Below are positions 40,923-49,867 of a stretch of 64,000 bases of DNA, in pieces (the stretch's first letter is position 1; each line of letters begins with the position of its first letter). The stretch is from an uncultured delta proteobacterium. GTDB lineage: Bacteria > Myxococcota_A > Polyangia > Polyangiales > Houyiibacteriaceae. Location of the stretch: the NCBI GenBank assembly GCA_963699755.1, contig CAVOVB010000007.1, positions 128,001 to 192,000 on the forward strand. The letters are read 5' to 3'. The position numbers and the translations under genes were made by a program. The notes beneath the pieces are model-generated. The model had not been told where the DNA came from, made no database searches, and saw only the letters and a program-made list of their open reading frames with translations.

Positions 40923-41897
40923 ATGACCAACGAAACGAAGACGAATCCTTGGGCGGGTTTTGCGAGGGGTTGGTTCCTGCTGATGTTCTCCGACGAGCTG
41001 GAACCTGGCCAAGTCGTGCCGATGAAGCGCTTCGACCAAGAGTTGGTCTTGTTCCGAACGGAGTCAGGCGAGGCCCGAGTGCTCGACGCGTACTGCCCTC
41101 ACATGGGCGCGCACCTCGGACACGGAGGCAAGGTCGCGGGCGAAGGCATCGTCTGTCCGTTCCATGCCTGGAAGTTCGACGGCACGGGGAAGTGTATCGA
41201 GATCCCCTACGCCAAGCGGATTCCGCCGAAAGCCGGACTGGCTTGCTGGCCAGTCCTCGAGCGCAACGGAATGATCTTCGTTTGGCACGATCGCGAGAAG
41301 AGCCAACCCGATTGGGAGATCCCAGTACTCGAAGAGTGGGACGACGCCGAGTTCCTTCCGTGGCGTTACGCGAAGCTTCAAATCAAGACGCCGCCGCTCG
41401 CCATCGCGGAAAACCTCGCCGACGCTGGTCACTTCATTCCTGTGCACAATACACATCCGGTGCCCGGATCCTTCAGCAACACTTACACCGACCACGTTGG
41501 CCAACAGAAGATCAAGGCGGTCGCCTATCCGGTCCACGGCGGCAAGGACGAATTCGAATCGACGGCGACGTACTACGGCCCGGCCTATCAGGTTACCAAA
41601 ATGCACGGCAAGGGCCTCGGTGTGATCATCAACGCCCATACTCCGATCGACGACGAGAACGTGATGCTGCGGTTTGGTGTTTCCATGAAGGCAACCAAGG
41701 GGATGACCGACGATCTCATCGACCACTTCATCAACAACATGCGCGACGGCTACCTGCAGGATGTGCAGATCTGGGAGAACAAGATCTACCTCGACCGGCC
41801 GATCCTCTGCGACGGGGACGGCCCCATCGGTGAGTTCCGTCGCTGGTACTCGCAGTTCTACACGCCACGCAAGAAGGAAGCCGACGCGGCCGAATAG
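40923..41897 (+). CDS. Rieske oxygenase of the KshA (3-ketosteroid 9alpha-hydroxylase) / Neverland family, copy 1
   Basis: FARGWF, CPH...CPFH, ENLADAGHFIPVH and DVQIWENK...RRWYSQFY motifs. Confidence 0.88.
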   Translation: MTNETKTNPWAGFARGWFLLMFSDELEPGQVVPMKRFDQELVLFRTESGEARVLDAYCPHMGAHLGHGGKVAGEGIVCPFHAWKFDGTGKCIEIPYAKRIPPKAGLACWPVLERNGMIFVWHDREKSQPDWEIPVLEEWDDAEFLPWRYAKLQIKTPPLAIAENLADAGHFIPVHNTHPVPGSFSNTYTDHVGQQKIKAVAYPVHGGKDEFESTATYYGPAYQVTKMHGKGLGVIINAHTPIDDENVMLRFGVSMKATKGMTDDLIDHFINNMRDGYLQDVQIWENKIYLDRPILCDGDGPIGEFRRWYSQFYTPRKKEADAAE

Positions 41898-41911
41898 CCG
41901 GGAGCATCCGC

Positions 41912-43093
41912 ATGAGCAACGCAAGCAAGCCTGATTTCGTGAAGCTCGCGCGGGCGGCGAAGCCAATACTACGAGAGCGCAATGCCGAGGCGGACGCCAA
42001 TCGCGTCATCCCGGACAAAACGATCCGGGAGCTCAAGGACTCAGGTTTCTTTCGAATGATGCAGCCGAAACGATGGGGTGGTTTCGAGCGCCACCCCATC
42101 GAGTTCTTTGATGTCGCGATCGAGGTTGCCTCAGCCTGTCCGTCGACAGCCTGGGTGCTTGGAGTCGTGGCAGTACACAACTGGCAGCTGGCGCTTTTCC
42201 CGGAGCAGGCGCAGAAAGACGTCTGGGAGGGCGAGAACGGGTTCGATACGCTCATTGCATCGTCATACATGCCCGTCGGCAAAGTGACCGGCGCCGGCGG
42301 CGGGTATCGACTGAGCGGCAAGTGGGGTTTTTCGAGCGGCTCCGATCATTGCCAGTGGTGCTTCCTGGGTGCCTATGCGCCGAAGGAACATCGCAAGCCG
42401 CCCGACATGCTCACTCTGCTCGTCCCCCGCTCCGACTATCAGCTCGTCGATGATTGGTTCGTCTCGGGGCTCAAGGGCACGGGCAGCAAGTCCGTCGTCG
42501 TCGAGGATGTGTTCGTTCCGGAACATCGCGTGCATCGGATGTCGGACGCATATCGACTTCAGAATCCGGGCAACGAGCTCAACACGAGCGCTCTCTATAG
42601 GGTTCCGTTTGGACAGCTCTTCACGCGAACGGTGGCAACGCCAGCGATTGGCATGCTTCAAGGCGCGCTCGAAGCCTATGTGAATCTCAACAAGAACCGC
42701 AGCGGCCGCGCCGACGGGAAGAAGGCCTCCGACGATCCGTTCAATCTCGAAACCTGTGCGCGTGCGACGCTCGCGATCCGTGAGGTTCGGGCGCTTCTTC
42801 GAAATGACTGGAACGAGATGATGGCGAAGGCGGAAGCCGGAGAACGCATCGAGATCGAGGAGCGCGTCGCGTACCGAGCAAACGCAGGCGCAGCGACTGA
42901 TCGGATGGTCAAGGCACTAGACGATCTGTTCATGGCCAGCGGTGGCTCGGCGATTTTCCTCGACCAGGACATCCAACGCTTCTTCCAAGACATCCATGGG
43001 GCACGCGCCCATCACGCAAACAACCCGCTCAAGACGCAACGGAACTACGGCGGCCTGCTGATGGGCGAGCACACGACGGATTTTTTTCTCTGA
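41912..43093 (+). CDS. hsaA: Flavin-dependent monooxygenase oxygenase subunit, HsaA (3-HSA 4-hydroxylase)-like
   Basis: QPKRWGG, ACPSTAWV..V..VHNWQLALF..AQ.DVW, SSY.P, W.FSSGSDH and QRFFQDIH..RAHHAN motifs. Confidence 0.85.
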   Translation: MSNASKPDFVKLARAAKPILRERNAEADANRVIPDKTIRELKDSGFFRMMQPKRWGGFERHPIEFFDVAIEVASACPSTAWVLGVVAVHNWQLALFPEQAQKDVWEGENGFDTLIASSYMPVGKVTGAGGGYRLSGKWGFSSGSDHCQWCFLGAYAPKEHRKPPDMLTLLVPRSDYQLVDDWFVSGLKGTGSKSVVVEDVFVPEHRVHRMSDAYRLQNPGNELNTSALYRVPFGQLFTRTVATPAIGMLQGALEAYVNLNKNRSGRADGKKASDDPFNLETCARATLAIREVRALLRNDWNEMMAKAEAGERIEIEERVAYRANAGAATDRMVKALDDLFMASGGSAIFLDQDIQRFFQDIHGARAHHANNPLKTQRNYGGLLMGEHTTDFFL

Positions 43094-43195
43094 GGCCATG
43101 ATGGATCGAAGCACGCATAGGCGACTCAGTAGTTGGGGCCATGGATCTCCTCACCGGAGGCCCCCAACGCGACAGACAGAAATGGGAGAGCAGCC

Positions 43196-44239
43196 ATGAG
43201 CAAGAAACCGCGATTTCCGATTCCTCGCTACCCACGGGGCTGGTTCCAAGTGGCATACTCGGATGAGATCCAGCCTGGCGAGGTGAAGCCACTCAAGTAC
43301 TTCGGCGTCGAGCTCGTCATGTTCCGGACCGAAGATGGGGAGGTCTCTGTCCTCGATGCATTCTGCCCGCACATGGGCGCGCACTTGGGCCACGGCGGCA
43401 AAGTGGTCGGCGACGGCATCGTCTGTCCATTCCACGCTTGGAAGTTCAATGGCGAGGGCAAATGCACGGAGGTGCCGTACGCGCAACATCTTCCTCGCAA
43501 GGCCAATATCCAGCCCTGGCCCGTGCACGAGGTCAACGGCCTCATCATGGTCTGGCACGACATCGAAGGGAAGGAACCCGCCTGGGAGATTCCTGAGATT
43601 CCCGAGTGGAACAACGACGAGTGGACACCGTACTGGAAACAGCATTGGAAGCTTCGAACGCACAACCAGGACATGTGCGAGAACGTCGTCGACAAGGCAC
43701 ATTTCCGTTATGTCCACGGAATGAACATCGTTCCGCAACCGCATACGATCGAGCTCGAATACCCTCACATTCACATGGTGACGGACACGGCGATGGAAAC
43801 GCCCCAGGGCGACGTGACGGGCGAGCTCGACGTCGAGGTCCACGGCTTTGGTTTTTCACTGAGCCGGTTCCGCGGCATCGTCGAGACGACGAACATGGCC
43901 TCGGTCACGCCAATCGACGAAGAGTACTGCGACGTGCGCTTCTCCTTCACCGTGAAGAAGATCGGCGGCGCCGACATCACGCGCGGCGTTGGCAAAGCCT
44001 TCACCAAAGAGGTCGCGCGGCAGCTCGAAGAGGATGCCCCTATTTGGGAGCACAAGGCCTTCTTCCACCAGCCGATGCTTTGCGACGGCGATGGCCCGGT
44101 CGCAGAATTCCGCAAGTGGTGCAAGAACTTCTATCCGGCCTGGTACCACAAGCAGGCCCAGGACGAGTATGATGGCGTCAAGGAGTTGAGTAAGCCGCTC
44201 ACGTTGGCTGAGCGCCGTAAACGGCTTGCCGCAGCATAG
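43196..44239 (+). CDS. Rieske oxygenase of the KshA/Neverland family, copy 2
   Basis: YPRGWF, CPH...CPFH, ENVVDKAHFRYVH and DAPIWEHK...DGDGPVAEFRKW motifs. Confidence 0.88.
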   Translation: MSKKPRFPIPRYPRGWFQVAYSDEIQPGEVKPLKYFGVELVMFRTEDGEVSVLDAFCPHMGAHLGHGGKVVGDGIVCPFHAWKFNGEGKCTEVPYAQHLPRKANIQPWPVHEVNGLIMVWHDIEGKEPAWEIPEIPEWNNDEWTPYWKQHWKLRTHNQDMCENVVDKAHFRYVHGMNIVPQPHTIELEYPHIHMVTDTAMETPQGDVTGELDVEVHGFGFSLSRFRGIVETTNMASVTPIDEEYCDVRFSFTVKKIGGADITRGVGKAFTKEVARQLEEDAPIWEHKAFFHQPMLCDGDGPVAEFRKWCKNFYPAWYHKQAQDEYDGVKELSKPLTLAERRKRLAAA

Positions 44240-44671
44240 ATGGCCAGCAGTTCCGATAGGCGAGCCCTGGAAACACCAGATGAGATCAGAGCGCGCATCA
44301 GAAGTGAGCACGCTCATATCTCTGCACAGCTTGCACGCGTCGAAGCGTTGAGCGATCGCATCGCTGACGGCGACGCGAAGTCGGTCATTGCGCTGCGCGA
44401 CGAGCTCCAGGCACTCGGGGCGGTGCTGCTCGAGCATCTACACTACGAGGAGTACGAACTGCCATCGCTGGCCGACGGCGAGCAAGCGGCCCGGGTCGCC
44501 GAAGACATGCGGCGCGAGCACCAGTCCCAACGCGAGCTTTTCGGCCGTATCATTCGCGATCTCGACGAAACGGCCGTCGGCTCGAAACTGCTGGTTGGCG
44601 TACGCGAGCTCGCGCGCGCTATCCGCGACGACATGGAGTACGAAGAGCGAGAGCTCTTGAGTGCGCCCTGA
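44240..44671 (+). CDS. Hemerythrin (HHE)-like domain protein
   Basis: EH...HLHYEE...REH...DMEYEE four-helix pattern. Confidence 0.72.
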   Translation: MASSSDRRALETPDEIRARIRSEHAHISAQLARVEALSDRIADGDAKSVIALRDELQALGAVLLEHLHYEEYELPSLADGEQAARVAEDMRREHQSQRELFGRIIRDLDETAVGSKLLVGVRELARAIRDDMEYEERELLSAP

Positions 44672-44686
44672 GGTGGGAGCAGAGCA

Positions 44687-44881
44687 ATGAGGATCATGTA
44701 CAACCCGTCGACTTGCAATCACTATGGCGTCTGCGTCGAAGAGTCGCCTCAGGTCTTTTCATTCGCCGAGGACGGAAGCCTGATGATTCAGACCTACGAC
44801 GTACCGCCCGACCTCGAAGACAGGGTCCGGGATGCCTGCATGATGTGCCCAACCCAGTCGATTCAGATCGAAGAAGAGTAG
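44687..44881 (+). CDS. Single-cluster ferredoxin ([3Fe-4S]-type)
   Basis: CNHYGVC...PQVF...CPTQSI; SD GGAG upstream. Confidence 0.88.
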   Translation: MRIMYNPSTCNHYGVCVEESPQVFSFAEDGSLMIQTYDVPPDLEDRVRDACMMCPTQSIQIEEE

Positions 44882-44964
44882 GCGTTCGCATCGTGGCCGC
44901 GGGGTCCGAATGAAGGGTCCACGAATCGCTCGTGCAGCGCAGGAGTCGTCGTCGGGATCGAGCC

Positions 44965-46494
44965 TTAGATCCGCGTCAGGAGCTTCGTGGTCAACATACG
45001 TGATGACGCGATGATCGGGGTCATGGTGTGACTCGAAGCGCTGGTTGGGAAACCAGAGGAGTCGAACACGTAGACGTCGCGGGTGCCGTAGACCTGTCCG
45101 TTCAAATCGGCGCCGCCGTCGCGTGCTGTAGCGGCAAATCGTACGCTGCCTTGCTGATGCGCGCTGATCATCGGCGCGGTTGCTGGAGCGAAAGTCAACT
45201 GTCGAGCCTGCTGGGCCTCACGGGCCGAGCGGATCAGGAGTGGAGGCGCTGTCGGCACCAGCACCTCTCGCGCGCCGGCTTCCAGGTAGACCTTGGCAGC
45301 CGTTTCGACGGCGCGACGAAGCCGTGCCCGATGATCGTCTCGCTGCTCGTAGCGAATCGTCAACCTCCCGTCGCGTGCAACTTCCACCTGGCCGGAAGGC
45401 GCATCAGGCGCCAGGAGAAGAGAAGGCGCCATGTGGTCGTACTGGGCCATGCCCTTCATCCCAGGGGAACCCGAAAACGGCAAGAGGCTCGATACGATAC
45501 CAGGTGTACCCATGATGCCTTCGATCCGAAAGCCCCAAAGCCCGAACTCGCTATTGTCGTCCTCCTCGAACTCGGTGACGGCGTACGATTGAGGAATGCC
45601 GTCGAACGCCGCAATCCTTTCATCGAAAATTCCGATGATGGGCAGCTGAGGTTGCAGTGTGAGGTTCTGCCCGACCTGCGAATTGCCGATGCCTGAACGC
45701 AGCAACAATTGCGCCGACGCGATCGCGTTAGCGGCGACGACGACGATCTTGGCTCGGACCGTCAGCTCGTGCTGCTCGTGATAGCCGTCCGCGTCGAGCG
45801 TGCGCACCTCGATCTCTTTGAGCTCCTGGCCGGCTTTGCGGATCTTCACTGCTCGAGCCCGCGTGAAGATGCGGGCGCCCGCCTCGAGCGACTTCGGGAT
45901 CGCGACCATGCGTGGATTTCGCTTGGCGTGAATTGGGCAGCCGATGAGACAGGTGCCGAGTCCCCGACAGCCCACGCGGTTGTGCAGCATGACCTCGCCT
46001 CGTAGCCCGAGCGCTTCGGCTCCTTGTCGAAGTTTGTTGTTGGCGAGGTTGACCAGGCTCTCCGGGATTCGGCTGGCGGAGAGATCGCGAAGCGCGTCCT
46101 CCGTGAAGGGCTTGAATCGCTCGGGCGCGAAGTCTTCGAGCCCATACTTGCCCGCCCAATGCCGAAGCACGCCCTCGGGAATGGGTACGACGTCGCAGGT
46201 GTTGACTACCCCGCCCCCACCGAGCACTCTGCCCTGCAAGACGCTCACCGAAAGATCGTGAGAGGCTCGCCCTCCCCGATCCATGTAGAGCTGATCGTAC
46301 ATCCGGCGGTCGCGTTGGGTTCGCTCGGGGCCCACGAGATCGCGACCCTCTTCGAGAACCACGACGTCCCGCCCCGCCTCGGCCAGCAGCCGCGCCGCCG
46401 TCGCCCCGCCCGAGCCAGAGCCTATCACGCAGATCTCCGCGGTGATCGCTTTGGGTGCAGCCTCTCTCGACAGATCGATGATCGCGCCGCTCAT
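44965..46494 (-). CDS. GMC family oxidoreductase (second copy)
   Basis: GSGSGG, GRVLGGGGVVN, C..LGTC..GCP and SAHQQG motifs. Confidence 0.88.
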   Translation of the reverse strand: MSGAIIDLSREAAPKAITAEICVIGSGSGGATAARLLAEAGRDVVVLEEGRDLVGPERTQRDRRMYDQLYMDRGGRASHDLSVSVLQGRVLGGGGVVNTCDVVPIPEGVLRHWAGKYGLEDFAPERFKPFTEDALRDLSASRIPESLVNLANNKLRQGAEALGLRGEVMLHNRVGCRGLGTCLIGCPIHAKRNPRMVAIPKSLEAGARIFTRARAVKIRKAGQELKEIEVRTLDADGYHEQHELTVRAKIVVVAANAIASAQLLLRSGIGNSQVGQNLTLQPQLPIIGIFDERIAAFDGIPQSYAVTEFEEDDNSEFGLWGFRIEGIMGTPGIVSSLLPFSGSPGMKGMAQYDHMAPSLLLAPDAPSGQVEVARDGRLTIRYEQRDDHRARLRRAVETAAKVYLEAGAREVLVPTAPPLLIRSAREAQQARQLTFAPATAPMISAHQQGSVRFAATARDGGADLNGQVYGTRDVYVFDSSGFPTSASSHTMTPIIASSRMLTTKLLTRI

Positions 46495-47069
46495 GGTTTC
46501 GACCACCCCTGGCGCTTCATCGAGGGCCCCGGGTAGCCGATGTGCGGCCAGACCTGCTCGTGGTCGAAGTAGACCAGGTTGAAGAACTTCCGCATCGCAA
46601 TGCTCACCTGGCGTCGCAGCAAGCTTTCGCTTACCGCCCAGGCGTTCCAATGCTCAGTCCGCTCTGCAGCATTCAGTCGCGAAAACGTCGTGAGCTTCTT
46701 GTCGAACACCAAGGGCCCAAATTCGATCAGCACGATCGCCTTCTGTAGATCGGCCACGTCGTGCTCGGGCTGATCCGCAAGAAAGGTGTCGAACGCGCGG
46801 GGAAGATCCATCGAACCTGCGTCGATCGGAATCGCGTTGGTCCTCGGCAGCATGACCTCGACGAGGCTTTGGAGTGTGCGGTATTCGTGCGGATCGAGGA
46901 CGCGTAGACCTTCGACCTTTGGCGCGCCCCCGCGCAGAGCGAGAAGCCCGCCGCCACCGACGCCCAGGATCGCACCGCTGGCAACCAGGCTCACCTTCAG
47001 GAACCGTCGCCTCGAAAGGAAGCTGAAGAGCCCGTCTCGCTTCGCCGATCCGTTCACAGTATCCGCCAC
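46491..47069 (-). CDS. Gluconate-2-dehydrogenase subunit 3-like Tat partner protein
   Basis: SRRRFLK Tat motif; W.HIGYPGP C-terminus; ATGA-coupled to the GMC gene. Confidence 0.8.
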   Translation of the reverse strand: MADTVNGSAKRDGLFSFLSRRRFLKVSLVASGAILGVGGGGLLALRGGAPKVEGLRVLDPHEYRTLQSLVEVMLPRTNAIPIDAGSMDLPRAFDTFLADQPEHDVADLQKAIVLIEFGPLVFDKKLTTFSRLNAAERTEHWNAWAVSESLLRRQVSIAMRKFFNLVYFDHEQVWPHIGYPGPSMKRQGWSKP

Positions 47070-47071
47070 GT

Positions 47072-47341
47072 TCAGCCTCTGCGCTTGCGTGCCTCGTCGT
47101 CGTCCTCGGGTGCATCCTTGTAGTCGACCCGGATGCGACCCTCCCCGAGGGTGGCAATCGTTTCGAGCGCCTGCAGGCGGGCTTCGGTGTCCCGCTTGTA
47201 GGCGCGGAGCTCGGTCAACTCCTCTTGCATGCGTTCGGTTTCCTCCGCGCGCGCCAGCCGAAGCTTGTACCAGAGCCACAAACCCCAGCCGATCAGACCG
47301 AGGACCGCCAGCGGGATGAGCAATTCGATGACGACGGCCAC
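47072..47341 (-). CDS. Small single-TM coiled-coil protein (PspB-like tail)
   Basis: N-terminal TM helix, then coiled coil with RLQALETI. Confidence 0.6.
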   Translation of the reverse strand: MAVVIELLIPLAVLGLIGWGLWLWYKLRLARAEETERMQEELTELRAYKRDTEARLQALETIATLGEGRIRVDYKDAPEDDDEARKRRG

Positions 47342-47408
47342 CTGGTTCTTGTGCCCTTCCCGCGCCCGGGCTGCAAGTAAATCCCGCATCCCGTGCTATA
47401 GAGCGGCA

Positions 47409-48932
47409 ATGAGTGGCGACCGCGACGAAATGAGGGCATTTCGCGAGTTGCAGGCTCATCTGGCGCCTCGCTGGGCGCTGGCTGATGGCGACGGCCCCGA
47501 GGCGAGGGATATCGTGGTGGTACCCTCCCTCTCGTTCGACGGCATCGACACGGTCTCGATCGACGGCGTAATTCACTACGAAGAACGTATGCTCTTCACG
47601 CTGAACCTGCTGCGCCATCCGCGGGCGCATCTCGTTTACATCAGCTCGGCGCCGATTCATCCGGTGGCCGTCGACTATATGCTCTCGTTGATCAGTGGCA
47701 TCCCGAACGAGCACATGCGACGGCGACTGACCGTGTTGTCGCTCTATGACAGCTCGCTCGTTCCGCTTTCCAAAAAAATTCTGCAGCGACCCAGGGTCAT
47801 CGAACGCATCCGAAATCTCATTCGTCCCGACTGCGGCCTGATGACCTGCTTCACCGTTTCCGAGCTGGAGCGGAGCCTGGCGGTCGCGCTCGGCATTCCG
47901 CTCTATGGGGTCGATCCCGACTTGGCCTGGCTCGGCACCAAGAGTGGATCGCGTTGGGCGTTTCGAGAGGCTGGTGTGCCCTGCTTACCAGGCTCCGAAG
48001 ATCTGAGAAGCGAAGCAGATCTGGTCGAAGCCATCGACGCCCTCTGGTCTGATGATAGCAGCCTCGAGCGGGTGGTGGTGAAACAGAACTCCGGCTTCAG
48101 CGGCCAGGGGAACGCGATCCTCGACCTAGGCGCTCTGGAGGCGGTGTCCCCAGCGACCGGCGCAAGTCCTGAAACCCGCAAGCAAACCCTCGTCGCGGCA
48201 CTTGCAGAGATGCGCTTCGTCGATCCCCGGCTGACCTGGGACCTCTTCAAGGAGAAGCTCGAACGAGAGGGCGGAATTGTCGAGACCTTCGTAGAAGACA
48301 GTGCCAAACGTGCGCCGAGCTGTCAGCTTCGGATTTCGCCCGAAGGCAGCCTGGACATGATTTCGACGCACGATCAGCTGGTCGAGGGCATCGACGGACA
48401 GGTCTATGCGGGTTGTCGATTCCCCGCCGACGAGGCGTATCGAATGGACATCCAGCGCGACGCGCTCCGCGTGGCCGAAGTCCTTCAAAAGAAGGGCGCG
48501 GTCGGCCGGCTTGCGATCGACTTCATCTGTGTGCGCGGCGACAGTGGGAAGTGGAATCACTATGCGATCGAAACCAACTTGCGCTTGGGCGGGACGACCC
48601 ATCCCATGATGATGCTACGCATGCTGACCGATGGACGGTACGACGCGGAAGCGGGTCTCTACTTCACACCTCGGGGAGAGCCGCAGTTCTACGTCGCGAC
48701 GGACTCGATGCGTTCGGATCGTTACCGTGGCCTACTCGTCGAAGACCTGCTGGACATTGCAGCGGTGAATGGTTTGCACTATCAAGCTTGGTCCGAATCG
48801 GGTGTGCTTTTTCACTTCAGCGGTGCGCTGAGCGAGTTCGGGAAGCTCGGCATCACTGCTGTCGGCAAGAGCCCTGCCGAGGCGGACCATTGGTTCGAAA
48901 AGACACGTCAGGTATTGGACCGAGAATCATAG
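47409..48932 (+). CDS. Peptide ligase PGM1-related ATP-grasp protein
   Basis: VVPSLS...YEERMLF, GTKSGSR..F..AGVP, K.N.GFSG.GNA, ETNLRLGGTTHP and GKLGIT motifs. Confidence 0.85.
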   Translation: MSGDRDEMRAFRELQAHLAPRWALADGDGPEARDIVVVPSLSFDGIDTVSIDGVIHYEERMLFTLNLLRHPRAHLVYISSAPIHPVAVDYMLSLISGIPNEHMRRRLTVLSLYDSSLVPLSKKILQRPRVIERIRNLIRPDCGLMTCFTVSELERSLAVALGIPLYGVDPDLAWLGTKSGSRWAFREAGVPCLPGSEDLRSEADLVEAIDALWSDDSSLERVVVKQNSGFSGQGNAILDLGALEAVSPATGASPETRKQTLVAALAEMRFVDPRLTWDLFKEKLEREGGIVETFVEDSAKRAPSCQLRISPEGSLDMISTHDQLVEGIDGQVYAGCRFPADEAYRMDIQRDALRVAEVLQKKGAVGRLAIDFICVRGDSGKWNHYAIETNLRLGGTTHPMMMLRMLTDGRYDAEAGLYFTPRGEPQFYVATDSMRSDRYRGLLVEDLLDIAAVNGLHYQAWSESGVLFHFSGALSEFGKLGITAVGKSPAEADHWFEKTRQVLDRES

Positions 48933-48940
48933 AGTCGGCG

Positions 48941-49810
48941 TTGTACATCGAAGAGTTGAAACGAGGTGTGCTGCGAGTATCCGCATCGGCAGATTGGCCG
49001 AGGCCCCATGTCGGCGTCGGCGGATCGATGCACGGGAACGAGCCTTGCGGCGCCGATGCGATTCGCCGAATTGCAAGCGCGTTCGAGCACGGGACGCTCG
49101 AACCGGCAAAGGGCACCATCTTCCTGATTCACGCGAACCCCGAAGCGACCGTGATAGGGCGGCGCCACACGCCGCAGGGTGAGGACCTCAACCGCCTCTG
49201 GGACTTCGACTTCACCGACACCCTTCGCCCCGAAGTCTGGGGGTATGAGCACCATCGGGCGCTGGAGCTCAAGAAAGTGCTCGGCGAGCTGGACATCTTC
49301 GTGGACCTTCACTCAGCGGGGACGGCGACCCCAGCGTTTGGCGTCAGCAATGGAGAGGATTCTATCGACGACATCGCAAAACAGGTCGGCATCTCGTACC
49401 TGGTGCAGTCCTGGTACGGCCTCGCTGACAAGGTGATCATCGGCTTCCTCAAGCTTGCAGGAGTGCCGGCCTTGTCGGTCGAATGCGGCGCGCACGACGA
49501 TCCCGACGTTTCGGAGACCGCGCACCAGATCGCCATGAACTTTCTCAGGGCGACCGGTGCGATCGACGACGGGAACCGCACCAACGGGCGGGAAGTACGC
49601 ACTGTCCGCGTCGTGGAAACGATCACCAAGCCCAGCGAGGAGTTCGACTTCGGCTCCCCTTGGACTGGGTTTCAGGAGCTCGAAGCAGGAACGCTCGTCG
49701 GCCGCGACCGCGTCACCGAAATTCGCGTGACTCGACGTTGCTATGCCGTGTTGCCAAACCTGAATGTCGATGTCGGAGAGGACGCCATCTACCTGGCGGT
49801 CGATACCTAG
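48941..49810 (+). CDS. Succinylglutamate desuccinylase/aspartoacylase (M14-like) family hydrolase
   Basis: HGNEPCG, DLNR, DLHS and VECG motifs; TTG start inferred. Confidence 0.85.
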   Translation: MYIEELKRGVLRVSASADWPRPHVGVGGSMHGNEPCGADAIRRIASAFEHGTLEPAKGTIFLIHANPEATVIGRRHTPQGEDLNRLWDFDFTDTLRPEVWGYEHHRALELKKVLGELDIFVDLHSAGTATPAFGVSNGEDSIDDIAKQVGISYLVQSWYGLADKVIIGFLKLAGVPALSVECGAHDDPDVSETAHQIAMNFLRATGAIDDGNRTNGREVRTVRVVETITKPSEEFDFGSPWTGFQELEAGTLVGRDRVTEIRVTRRCYAVLPNLNVDVGEDAIYLAVDT

Positions 49811-49867
49811 TGGTGCATGGCTGGGGCGCAGCGCGGGACAAACCAACGTCTGGATGCGTCCGGGGTC

